Assembly (NCBI GenBank): GCA_013265495.1
Contig: MU058781.1
Coordinates: forward strand, 3,349,050-3,413,049
DNA: 64,000 bases
Direction of reading: 5' to 3'
Source: Vicugna vicugna
Lineage: Eukaryota
Shown: positions 52,972 to 64,000 of the stretch, piece by piece
Position numbering within the stretch: position 1 is the first letter of the stretch
Layout: every line of letters begins with the position of its first letter
Position numbers and translations under genes: made by a program
Notes under the pieces: model-generated
What the model saw: only the letters and a program-made list of their open reading frames with translations
What the model was told of the DNA's origin: nothing
Database searches by the model: none

Positions 52972-53362
52972 TAGAGCTGGTCCCCAGCATGCACGGCATT
53001 AAGGACCTCCAGCCTGGCTGGACTTGGGGTTCTGTGTTGAACCACCCTGAGCATAAGGATCTCCTGGAAATGAGGGTGGAGCTGACCAGAGACGGCTTGC
53101 TAAGTATAAAAATGTGGAAGGTATATGCATTTATTTTTCTACAGTCTTTAAAAACATTTTTATAGCCTTAATCTCTTAAAGAAGGTTATATCTTGTGTTG
53201 TCACACTGATGATCTAAAATGTCATTGTTTTGTTTTCTAACACTCATTTCTGTTAGGCTAAGGCTGAAGAGTCCTCTCCTTCTCTGTGGTACCTGGTCAG
53301 TAGACCCTGGTATGCTCTTTAATCCTAATTCCAATATACTGGTTAGTAGTTATATGAGTTTA

Positions 53363-53480
53363 AGAGCATGTGCTTAGCATGCACAAGGTCCAGGGTTCAT
53401 TCCCCAGTACCTCCATTTAGAAAAAAAAAAAAACCCACAAATAAACCTAATGACCTGCCACCCACCCCCAAAAATAGATA
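53363..53480 (+). mobile_element. tRNA-Ala-derived SINE (Vic-1-like), 5'-truncated
   Basis: agagcatgtgcttagcatgcacaaggtccagggttcattccccagtacctcca, an A13 run, aaataaacctaatgacct, then an A-rich end; same family as 9366-9499. Confidence 0.88.
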
Positions 53481-55231
53481 GTATAGCAGAATGATGATGA
53501 AAACAGCTTTGAAAGGAGATAAAGCCTTCAAGTCGAAGCTGGTCCCTTGTGAATCCTGCGACCTTGAATAAATTACTTGACCTAGTGGAAAAAAAAGTTA
53601 CATCAATTTAGTAAATTGTAACAGCTTACTGCGTAAAATTAATTAGCATGTTAATTGTCTATAATTTCCCAGTTACGTTATATCCTGCTGACAGATGAAT
53701 TTTGATGCCATCTGACTGTCACTGTCTCTTTGGTCCAAAGCCCTCTGAGTGGCCAGTACTCACTTCTTCAGGTCTGCAGACTGGTCCTCATTAGCCAGAA
53801 GATGGGACCCTCCTGACAGCCAATCAGGAGAGGTCCTTGCTGCCAGGAGATGAGCCCGGGGGAAGGGACCTCTTGGAATATCTAGAGTCTGGGTAGAAAG
53901 GCCACATCCTTCCTCCACACGGTGCGCAGAGTCTGCTCAGGGGGAGGCTGGGCGGGGTGATGTTTCACACAGTCAGCTTCACCTTGGGACCCAGTGAGTT
54001 CTTGCTCCGTCAGTGTGTCCAACACTGATAATAACAGTGCCCTTGAGACAGGGGAGAATTGAGTTCTCATGAGGAGTATATACAGGACCTGGATGCTGCC
54101 AGGAACGCTGCTACCCAGATTAGGGAGGAAGAAGAGGGCAGGAGAGGAGTCATTTACAGACGTTCTTACTGTAGCAGCAATGGGGAGGGAAGAGATGCAT
54201 CTGAGTTGTATTTCCCTCCCCCTCCACACCGCCCCCCTCCCCTGCAGGGGAGATTGTTCCAGCTAAAGCAGTAAATTGAGATTTCTATCCAACCTCCCTT
54301 GTGGCTTTGGAATCAAATGGATTTGATGGTTGGAGTGAGATCTGTCATCCTAGGGAAGTCATTGAGTCTTAGTCTGTCATTGGCCAGGTTGCCAGGCTGG
54401 TGGGAGAGCCTACATTACCACCCGTGGCGGCTCTTAACTGGATCTGGTCCTGGTTCCCTGTGGGGGAGAGAAAGAGGCAGGCCCAGTGCAGAGCAATGAG
54501 AAATGGAGTGTAAGGGAGGGGAAGGAAGAAGATAAGAGATGTTGACTTGGAGCATCTTCACCTTGTCAAGGTGTACAGGAGCCAGCAGGGGCAGGAAGTT
54601 GCCTGTCAAACTGCAGAGCACCCCTTGGATGCGGCTGCCCAGCTTAGATGACCCCCAAACCTGGAGGACTAGCCACCCCAGGTGTGTGGGGGCCTTGTCC
54701 CCTACTGTGAGCCTGAGGCTGGGGAGCAGGGTCATAGTGAGACCCCAGAATCCACTCACTCTTCCTCCCCAACAAAGCGCAAGCAGGCCCAGAGGAAGGT
54801 GCCTGCTTTTGGCGCTGGTTTGGTTCAGAAGGGGCTCTTGGTCCTTGGTCCGCTCCACTTGCCGTCTTTCGATTGGTCCCGGAGTCACATGTTGGAGCAC
54901 CCACAGAACTTGTGTTATAAACACCAGGAACTGACGGGGTGACACGTTGGACGGTTTTGAGGAAGTGTCCTCTTCCTTTTTCTCCCTCTTGCTCCTTCCA
55001 GCTTTCTCTGTTTTCTGCGTCTGCCTCCCTCTCCATCCCCCACCCCTACCCTGGCTTTATTGGATTTCTGATGTCCTCTTTTTAATGCTCCACCCCTGAC
55101 AACCTGGGGCGGTCAGCACTCTGCTGTGTTGCTAACCCACGTCCCTGTCCTGTGTACCCACCGGCTCCCGTTGGACCTCCCTGCACTGCGTTTATGTAAT
55201 GTCGCTGTGTGTCCTGTGGTTGTCCCCTCAG

Positions 55232-55438
55232 TGTCTGAAGAGAGTCCCTCTGCCAGTGAGTCTGGAGTCCTCCTGTCCCAAGATCCTTCAGCCAAACCAG
55301 TCCTGCTCCTGCCCCCCAAAAAACCTGCTGCTTTCCCTGGAGACCATGAGGAGACCCCAGTGAAGCAGCTCTCCCTTCTCAAGCAGCCCCCCGCCCTGCC
55401 TCCCAAACCCACTGCCAGGATTGCCAACCACTTAACAG
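55232..55438 (+). CDS. PHACTR1: PHACTR1 proline-rich coding exon (207 nt, phase 1-1, probably alternatively spliced): (V)SEESPSASESGVLLSQDPSAKPVLLLPPKKPAAFPGDHEETPVKQLSLLKQPPALPPKPTARIANHLT
   Basis: Acceptor tgtcccctcAG (AG 55230-55231) and strong donor ACAG|GTGAGT (GT 55439-55440). In frame with the 168-nt exon, inside supplied ORF 55126..55518. I recall PHACTR1 isoforms with and without a 69-aa insert at this position (recollection, needs checking). Confidence 0.9.
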
Positions 55439-55964
55439 GTGAGTCGAGACGTCTTCCTGGGGCCCCAGCCCCGCCCTCCCTTCAAGGGATCATTTCTTGC
55501 TGTCTTTTTTTCACCTGAGGCACCTCTTTGGAGAGGTTGCTCTGTGGGACGTTTGGGTGTTTCTGTGTGTGTCTTGGTACACGCAGTCATGACCTGGGTT
55601 TGTGTGTTTGTGTCCAGAAGCATTCAGTACACACCCACCAGTCATATGCTAAGAGCCTGCAGTCTTGTGCGTCTGTAAACATGTACATTGGTATTTATGT
55701 GGCTCAGTCAAGATTATTTGCCCATCTTGGTGAATTTGATTCATCATCAAAACTTTGCAGAGAGAAAGAGTTGCACCTGTTCCCTTCATAATGAGTTTGC
55801 CAAAGCTTTAAAATACTGATCTGAAGCCCCATGTATTTCTTCAATTAAAATTTATGTCTTTTCTCTTAAAAAAAAAAAAAGGCAAAGACAATAACCTGCA
55901 AAGTATTATGGGAAACACTTTTAAAGACGAGTAAGCTGAAGAAGGTTGTCCTAAAATGACTATT

Positions 55965-56131
55965 TTTAATTGAAGTGCAGTTGATTTACAATATTGTGTT
56001 AGTTTCAGGTGTCCAGCAAAGTGATTCAGTTATTTTTTTCAGATTATAATTGGGATTAACAGATACAAATTACTGTACATAAAATAGATAAGCAACAAGG
56101 ATTTACCATATAGCACAGGGAATTATAATAA
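55965..56131 (-). mobile_element. Short L1 insertion with 5' inversion (twin priming) and 15-bp TSD
   Basis: 55965-56050 is an antisense L1 terminus and 56051-56127 is upstream L1 3' UTR in sense orientation. Flanks are cctaaaatgactatt (55950-55964) and cctgaaatgactgtt (56132-56146). Confidence 0.85.
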
Positions 56132-57199
56132 CCTGAAATGACTGTTATATGCTCATTGTTTAAATGTCACTTAACAAATGTACCCACAGTTATTAAATTG
56201 GGCATCTAGTGAAATTGCATTTCACCGCACATTAGCCTTGGGAATCAGATACTGCTTTGTGATTCAAGGTTATGGAATAATTCGAGATTCAAGATTTCAG
56301 AGGGGAGTTTCTCCAACTGTGATAATAATCCCACCTGATACTGATTGACTGCCTCTTTACAATGTTTGTTATTTCTGTAAATAGTTTCTAATTGATCTCT
56401 ACACGTTTTTGTACAATGGGATGGAGGTGGAAGGATGTTCACCTATTTTATCATAAAAAGATGGAGATTTAAGAAGATAAGTGACTTTTCTAGGGCTGGC
56501 AGAAATTCTGCAGTAGAGCCATGATTAGACCTCGTGTTTCCCAACTCCTAGATGAATGAGTATCGTTTCCTCAGTGGCAGGATGTCTCACATGGTGCTGA
56601 GTTGCATTAGATCAAAATTCAAGTGTAAGTTTGTGTCAAGCTCCTCTGTCAACGTCCAGGTTGGTGTTTGTGGCTCATAAGAGCACATTTCCATCTAAAG
56701 GAAGTGTCCAACGCATCAGTAACATTCAGTGTTACTAATTTAAATGCACAGAAAGTCACAAAGGAAAAAAGGGAATTGTAAGCCTCCCTCGGAGACATAA
56801 CCACTGTCCATCTATCCTCTAATAAAAATCAAACACCGTTGTACATATTCTTTGATCACCTGTTGTTTTGCTCTCAGTGATGTCTTGTGACCAGGTTCCC
56901 ATTAGTGAATATTCCACAACATCAATTTGTTAGCTGCAAGGTGGGGATCAGGATTTACATGACGGACCCCTTAGGAGCTTTCTGTCCTCCTTATACAAGC
57001 ACGGCATCTCAGCAGCGCGCATATATTTTTATAAGCATTTCTGAGTCTTTCCTCACTTATCCCTGGCACAAGAATTGCTAATTCTAATTCTAGAAGTAAA
57101 TTGTGTATGTTTTAAGGGCTAGGTACCTTTTAAGACTGATGCCAAATTTCCTTTGGGAAAGTTTAAATGTTGAAAAAATAAACTCCTACATAGAGTACC

Positions 57200-57960
57200 T
57201 GTTTATTCAACACACCTGACTCTAGGAAGAATACTGTGCTAGGTATCAAAGTGGATACGGATATCTGAGACATCAATTTATGTGTATGATGTATTTTATA
57301 TGTGAATATATAATTCATTAATTATTCAGAAACAGAGGGCCAGCCTGCCTACTGTCGAGTGCAATGCTCGCAGATCTGCCCAGTCTAACAGAAGTGCTCC
57401 TGGGGGGCCTGAAACTTGAGTCCACCCTTAAAGCATGATGGACTTTTGTAGGGAATGAGGAAAGAACATTCCAGAAAAGGAGACCTGGACAAAGGCCGGG
57501 GGCGGCCGTGCTTCGGGTCAGTGACGCGGAGGCAGAGCTGGCGTGGAGGGTCCGCCTGGGGGTGCACTGAGAAAGAAGGGGGTTCGCTGGGTTGGGCATG
57601 TGAGGATTTAGATTGGATCCCATGGCAGCTGTGAGCCTTTGGGGGTTTTTGAGCCAAGAAGTGAGGGATATGATGGAAACTAGCCTTTAGAATGTATTCC
57701 TGGGTCGCTGTGTATAGAATGAACCGTAAGAGGAGAAGATTGAAGGCCTGACAGAGAAGGCTCCGAGGCCAGCCCTGTGTCTCGTTCTGCAGAATCACTG
57801 GTTGAATTAAATCAAACAATTGGAGGCAGGGAGACTCTTCAAGAGGCTGTTTCTGGTGTGGAACTAGGAGCTGACAAGCATATGACTGCTAGCAGTGGGA
57901 AGAGAGAACAGGCCAGTAGAGAAGGCATTTTAAAAGAACTGACAGAATTTTTAAACTGAC
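57200..57960 (-). mobile_element. L2 LINE fragment
   Basis: tttattcaacacac...tactgtgctagg...aagaacattccag...gagcctttgggggtttttgagcca...ttagaatgtattcctgggtcgctgtgtatagaatg. Confidence 0.68.
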
Positions 57961-59209
57961 AACACCCTTTAATGTCTCTAGTTACCTAATTAATGGAAGC
58001 TCACATGAACTTCAGCCGTGAGCCGTGAGCTCAGATAGCCAGGTGTCCGCAGGACTCTTGCTGTAGGAAGGACTACAGATGCCTCGGTTAGCCTGGTCTC
58101 TCTGGCTTCCCTTATTCTTTCCCCAAGAGAGTGGATTTTATCTATTTATAAATCTCACATCCAGAGAGCTTGGGTCAAATAGAGAAGAATACATAAAAGC
58201 TGGTCATCCTCACCATAGTGTACCTGGCAGCCTCTTACATACGATGCAGACAGGACAGGTGCAGATGTGCATGGGGTGCGAGTCCGGTGCTTTCCTTTCG
58301 GGTTTAAACTTAGTGAGACTTGCTTAATTTTCGGAAGTGAGCAATCAGTCATAATGAACCTGCATCACCACGAGGCAGCTCCGTTAACCCTGTTCTGTTA
58401 CTAATTACTCCAGAGACATCTGGGCCATGTCAGAAGGAATTAATAAACTGAGAACTCGAGAACTCTAAATGGAAGTGTACGAGTTGTAGCATGTTCTCAA
58501 TGTCTGTTGTTCTGTTGACATTTTTGAAAGGAAACAGACAACAATTTGAAAGACACCAAGCATGGTTAATAGAGAGTGACAGTGGTTAATGGTCTAGAGG
58601 ATGTGGGAGCCTGAACTGGGGCTACGTCTAGATCCACGATCAGGGAAAGACATGCCGAAATCTCTCTGCTTTGGCATTTGCTTCCACTTGATCAGGAAAA
58701 CCGTAATTAACTTGGAGGTTATTTGTCTTACATAGTTTCTCTGTTCTTCAGAGAGATAGAGGAAAGCCCTCCTGCCCCTCCTCAGCCATCTTTCCCCTGC
58801 TGTCATCCTCTCCGTCTTATCTCCATCATCAGGATGCACAGCGGCATATGATACAGGGTCAGGGACTCAGGCATCAGATTCTCTTCCATTCTGGAAAAGC
58901 TGTGCCCAGCAGAGTGATGGCATAATGAATATGATCTGAGATGAATGTTTCTCAAAATGCATCTTTCTTGGAATAATGGCTGACCATAGAGGAAAAGGAT
59001 AATTGAGGCAAAAAATGGGGTCTCCTACTTTTCTGAGTCTTCACCAATCACCTCTCCAGCTCTTCTGGCTCCAGAAGTTAAATGTTTTAAGACTGAGTAA
59101 TCTATTCCTTCTGCCTAAGGTACCGGCGATTAGGTGCCCCATAGTGCCATTTGAATGAAGGATCACCAACTTATGTGATAGCTGAGCATCACAGTCTTGA
59201 CATTCACTC

Positions 59210-59430
59210 GAGTAGTAATGACAGCTGCCATTTTTTGAGAAATTTACAATATACCATTTAGTCCTAGGAGGTGGGTACTATTAACTTCATTCTCTCCTTT
59301 TCATAGACGAGGAAAACAAAATTCAGAGAACTTAAATGTCTTAGTCGTGGTGACATAGCTGTAAGTGCCTGGGATGGAGTCTCCCCATTTTGTTTTACCC
59401 CAGAGTCCTCACTTTTAATCATTAGCTGAC
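59210..59430 (-). mobile_element. MIR SINE
   Basis: ggaggtgggtactattaac...ttcatagacgaggaaaac...cagagaacttaaatgtctt...gacatagctgtaagtg. Confidence 0.72.
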
Positions 59431-59514
59431 ACCGTCTCCACTAAGATACCTATTCTTAAAATTCAAAACGGTGGAATTACTGGTGTTCTTGGGTTTTTTT
59501 GTTTGTTTTTTTGT

Positions 59515-59539
59515 TTTGGTTTGGTTTGGTTTGGTTTGG
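59515..59539. repeat. (TTTGG)5 microsatellite in a T-rich tract
   Basis: Read directly. Confidence 0.9.
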
Positions 59540-60648
59540 TCTTCTTGTTTTTTTGCGCTGTCTTTAAATCTATTTAAGAAGTTAGAAACTCCACTTCATT
59601 TGTATATCTCAAAGACAAAATATTATCCAGTCTTTCAGAAATAAATAATGTTTCCAAGGCATTTGATTATAAAGAGGGAAAGGGGCAGTTGAGTTGGGTT
59701 TCAAAGAACATGCTAGAAGGAGACAGTCTAAGAATCAAAGTTGAGGCCAATCACAGGGGAAGCACTTGACCACAGTTAGAGGCTGACAATTCAGCAAAGA
59801 GAAGAAACTTGCTGATTCTGCAAAACAAGTCCCTCTGCTCCTGTGAACCTGCCCAGGGCTTATTTGCACTGTTTTTAGACCCTGAAATAACAAGGAAACT
59901 AACTGTACATCAGAACTGATTGGTTGCTGGTTTCAGCACTAGGAAGTAGTTGCCGCTATTTTCAGCCGCAGTGCATGACTAACGAGAGCCCTCCATCCAG
60001 GGCTTGTCAAGGCAAAGCCAGTACTGCTGTTTAGAACTGAGGGCAGCATCTGCCAGGAACCGTTCTGCAGTCTCATTCTGATTTGTGATTTCGTTATGTT
60101 TCTCTGTTGCTCCCTTATCCTCTGTCTGTCCCCATTTCTCCCCAAGATATTCCAGAACACCCTCCTTGCTCTCCTATTTTAGCTCCCTCTCCAACCTTCC
60201 AAAATCATTTAACTACTTCTCCCTCTGTCCTTCCCTTCCCTTCTGGTATCTTACTCTGAAAGTGCAAGGAAACTGATGACTAGACCACTGGGGCCCCAGA
60301 CCTCATCTGTGCCTTTAAGTGGAAAAAAAAAAGAATCATAACCCAAAAGTCTCATTAAAAGGTTTACTGTTCACAGTCTCTTAATAACTGATACCTCGAA
60401 GGAACGGAAAATTTACCTGAATTTACTCTTCATACCCATTTCTCCATAGTTTTCCAGTCTTAATTTTCTTTTCTCAAAATGGAGACATTCTATTCTTAGT
60501 GCATGTAAGGACTGTCTATTAATTAAAACACATTTAAAAGGGGCACTTTCAGCTCTAACCTCTATGATCAGGGCAATGGTTGCTGTGTAATACCTTTTTT
60601 TGTTTTTTGTAACGCTGGTAAATTGGAGATTTAATTCACACATGGCAC

Positions 60649-61022
60649 TTTTATTGTGATGAAAACACATAATATAAAATTTACCATCTTAACCATTCTT
60701 AAGTGTACAGTCAGTAATGGTACATATTTTCACATCGTTGTGCAACAGATTTTCAGAACTTTTTCATCCTGCAAAATTGAAGCTCTGCCTGTTAAACAGC
60801 AGCCGTTTCTCTTTTACCTCCCTTTAGCCCCTGGTAACCACCATTCTATTTCTTGTTTGTATGAATTTGACTGCCTCTTGTTTGGCATGAGTGAAATCAT
60901 ACAGTATTTGTCTTTGTATGACGGGCTTATTTCACTTAGCGTAGTGTCCTCAAGGTTCTTCCCTGTTGGAGCACGTGACAGGGTTTCCTTCCTTTGTAAG
61001 ACTGAATGGCGCTTCCATTTTG
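60649..61022 (-). mobile_element. L1MB-like 3' end
   Basis: aacacataatataaaatttaccatcttaaccattcttaagtgtacag...gcccctggtaaccaccattcta...gaaatcatacagtatttgtcttt...cttatttcacttagcgtagtgtcctcaaggttc. Confidence 0.92.
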
Positions 61023-61184
61023 TCTGTTTCTTGCGCTGAGTGCAAAGTGCTCTTCCAGCCTTGACATAATTTGCGAAAAGCGTTCCTTCATCACCTGTCA
61101 TGTTGGAGTTGTAGATAGTTGTAAGCTACCAAAAATGTTTAATGTGAAGATGTATAAATGTGGTTCTAAAGAAATTCATATAGT

Positions 61185-61520
61185 AAGAGAGCAAATCCTT
61201 TTGAAAGAGTCAGGAAAAGCATCAGAACGGAGGTTGTATTTAGGACAGACCTTAAAGATGAGCACAATTGGAAGGGATGAGAGAGGAGGTTGCCGTGAAA
61301 CTTGAGGCAAAGGTCACAGAGGCACGACTGTATGAGGCATAAGCATGTTCAAGACATAGCAAACAGCCTGGCTGGGCAGGGATGTGGAATTCCTGTAGGG
61401 TAGTAAAGAAAGATGAGGTCAGAAGTGGGTTGAAGGGAAACTGTGAAGAACCTTGAAAGCCAAGATGAAGGATTTAACTTTGGAGGAGGAAGTGGGCATC
61501 TCTTGTGGACTTTTAGCAGC
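61185..61520 (-). mobile_element. L2 LINE fragment
   Basis: gagtcaggaaaagcatcagaacggagg...gaccttaaagatgag...gcaaaggtcacagagg...ccttgaaagccaagatgaaggatttaacttt. Confidence 0.7.
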
Positions 61521-64000
61521 AGTTGCTAGATGTCAACCAGAGGTTGATTTCATCTTGAGGTTGGTTGGGTAGGATGGACATTACTGCTGTTAGATGGCTT
61601 TACAACTGGACGTAGCAGTGTAACTGGAGCTGTCCAGCATCAACCTGAAATTGCAGAGGGCACCAAGCTGCTGCCCTTGGTTCTTCCTCTTGGGCATTGT
61701 TTGAACGTCTCAGGGCTAAGTTTTCTGGGGGTGAAGATTTAGTCTGTCTTGTTCCCTGGTGTGCCCTTAGCTAGCTTTGTTCAACAGCAGGACAGGAGAC
61801 CTTGAGAGGGAGAGAACCCCATTACAGAAGCGTTGAAGGAGGAGTGGGATGATCATTAGTCCATGAGTTCATAGCAGGATGCTTGCTTGTTTAGGAGAAG
61901 CTGTGCACATTGTTCTCTGGCTCTGAGTTCTGCATAAATGAAATCTGATTCTCATGTGTTCTGTAGTGTTTGAAGGAAACAGGGCAATGTAGGTAGAAAA
62001 GCAACCGTTTATAAGAGCAGCAATTAGAACATGACAGTCATCCATCAGGAAAACTTGTGGTCCAGCCCTAGATGTCAGGCAGTACACTGGGAATTTTATG
62101 GGGAGATGAGGATGCCCTGGTAGACACCACTGCAGATGGTTAGGCCAGCCACCACCATCACTATAAATGCAAGAAATCTGAGTATGTCCCCCTACAATGA
62201 ATATGTATTGTGCATCAGATGGATGCAAGGTTAGAGATAAACTGTAGCCATCCTCATTTCCCCTTTATAAGATTTATGGGTCTAGCTTGAACTTCTTGGT
62301 ACCTTCACTGTGAATGTACTTAACGCTTAATAGTTCCATATGTTCTATGTAGTATTTCATTGTATGTGATCTAAATTTACTGCTTTTGAACTTCACAGAT
62401 AGATCCCCAGGTTCCAGCATTCTGAGACCAGATAAGCATGTTTATGTTTGGCTTCATGACTTTGTGACTTTGCTTTGACTGCTTCTCAGCTTTCGCCTGG
62501 ACGGTCACAAACAGCCCTCCCATCAGGGCACTGTCCCATCCAGCTCTTTTCTGTCGCCCTTCTCTGGACCTTCTCGCCTTCCTTTTTGCCTGTTTTACAG
62601 AAGGTTCAGGTTCAACAACCCAGTCATTGATTGGCTGGCCCTCTCCTTGCCTGCTCTCCCTGGGAGCGACGGCACTGGTCTGCATTGCTGCAGAAATAAA
62701 CAGTAGAGTGTGTTTTTATCGATGACTGATAATTTCTAACAAAATATTGATCTGATGAACAGGTGTTGTTTTTTTTTTTCTCCTCATGATTCTAGGAACA
62801 TCTGTATTTTTGACTCTTTGAGAGCCCTTTCCCAACCATGAATAAGGTGTAATTTGACTTTTACAAAGTCGAATTTCATTGCTGCAGAGATGACCAGCCC
62901 AAGTGACCTGGTTAGCTGGAGAGCAACCCCCTCTCCTGCCCAGCGTCAGCACCTCAGCAAGGCCTGTTTCCCCTCTGTTTGTTGTCACCTTCCCGGGTGG
63001 CCTTCCCGGGTCAATTTAAAAACAAAAATATTTCTTTGTGAAAAGTGGCACTGAAACAAAGTCCAGTGCTGATGATGCAGTGCAATAATGGCCTTCGATT
63101 TTTAGGATCCTGGAAGGTCTCAGGACATCAGACACTTGCTGTGGTTTCCAGGTGCGGGGCTGGCTTCAGGCTGAGGGCATTTAACACAAATTGCTTGTTA
63201 CTCTTGGATCCCTCGGTCAACACGTTTTGCCTTTCCTGGCATTTGGCCATGAAGAAGGCCAAGCTACCTTAGAGTCCCCAGGGTGGCCCAGCGGGGTTGG
63301 TGGAGCGCCTGTGATCACCTTTCTTGCAGCCAGAGGGATCTGATTTGGTAGTTTAGCGATACTAGACTCTTATTTAAGTTCTAAGTATACTTCTTTTAGG
63401 CTCTTTGTGGCTTTGGGTGGGTGCCTGTATCTGTGGAAGGAGATCAGACAGTCTAACCCACTGGAACCAGGTGGCAGATGACTGAGAAATTCTTACAATA
63501 CTTTCATTCATTAAGATACCAAGTGCTACTCTCATTGTCAAGGACTTCTGGTACATCAGCAGTTATAAATGGGCTTCTACAGCATCCACTGCTGGTGTTA
63601 ATTTTAAAAAGTGAGAAGAGAGACGAGGGATGTATTTGTGTGGCCCAGACTCATTCTGTGCATAAAGGACAGTTTTCAAGCAGGAGGATCGACTTAGAAG
63701 TCACCTGCGGGTTTAATTTTCTTGTCTGAAGTCGTAAGCCAGAGCTGTGTCAGGCTGGGAAATACTGCTCCCTTGGGTTTTATGGCTCTGTGACACCATT
63801 TGGGTTTATTTTTCTTGTTCTCTGGTGGTTTTTGCTCTCTCCACTCCCATCAGCAGAGACAGTTTTATGAATATGCTGCGTCTCGATCAGCCTGGCTGCA
63901 GAAGACTCATCCACCCCTAAGTCAGCAAGCAGAGAGCCTTGTGTATGTCCCAGCAGGACCAGCCGCTGTTGTTACGGATGCGAGAGGCAGAGTGTGTCCT

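Noticed and set aside
54415..55036. Overlapping ORFs of 86-176 aa on both strands
   Set aside because: GC-richer intron with few stops; no recognisable protein and no supporting splice structure.
55126..55518. 130-aa ORF as a single-exon gene or extended exon
   Set aside because: It starts at a non-ATG codon, and only the splice-bounded 207 nt resemble PHACTR1.

Overview
Mammalian genomic DNA lying entirely inside one large + strand gene, PHACTR1 (phosphatase and actin regulator 1). Two copies of a tRNA-Ala-derived SINE resembling Vic-1 suggest a camelid. Three internal coding exons have canonical AG/GT boundaries. 33684-33764 (81 nt) encodes the N-terminal RPEL G-actin-binding motif. 52784-52951 (168 nt) is acidic/Ser-rich. 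55232-55438 (207 nt) is a Pro-rich exon, probably alternatively spliced. All three are phase 1-1 and splice into one open frame; the start and stop codons lie outside the window. The rest is intron, rich in L1 3' fragments, L2, MIR, MaLR/ERV LTRs and DNA transposons. Apart from the two that overlap exons, the supplied ORFs look like noise. I see no convincing new biological system. The best leads are (1) an intact antisense solo LTR (19875-20620, 4-bp TSD) carrying a perfect MEF2 site and GC boxes, (2) a 113-nt AG-free zone with a distal branch point ahead of the 207-nt exon, (3) a twin-primed inverted L1 insertion with TSDs, (4) a three-layer nested transposon, and (5) a 92-bp tandem duplication containing a G4/i-motif tract. 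Repeat family names come from recalled consensus sequences, not a database search, and old-repeat boundaries are approximate.
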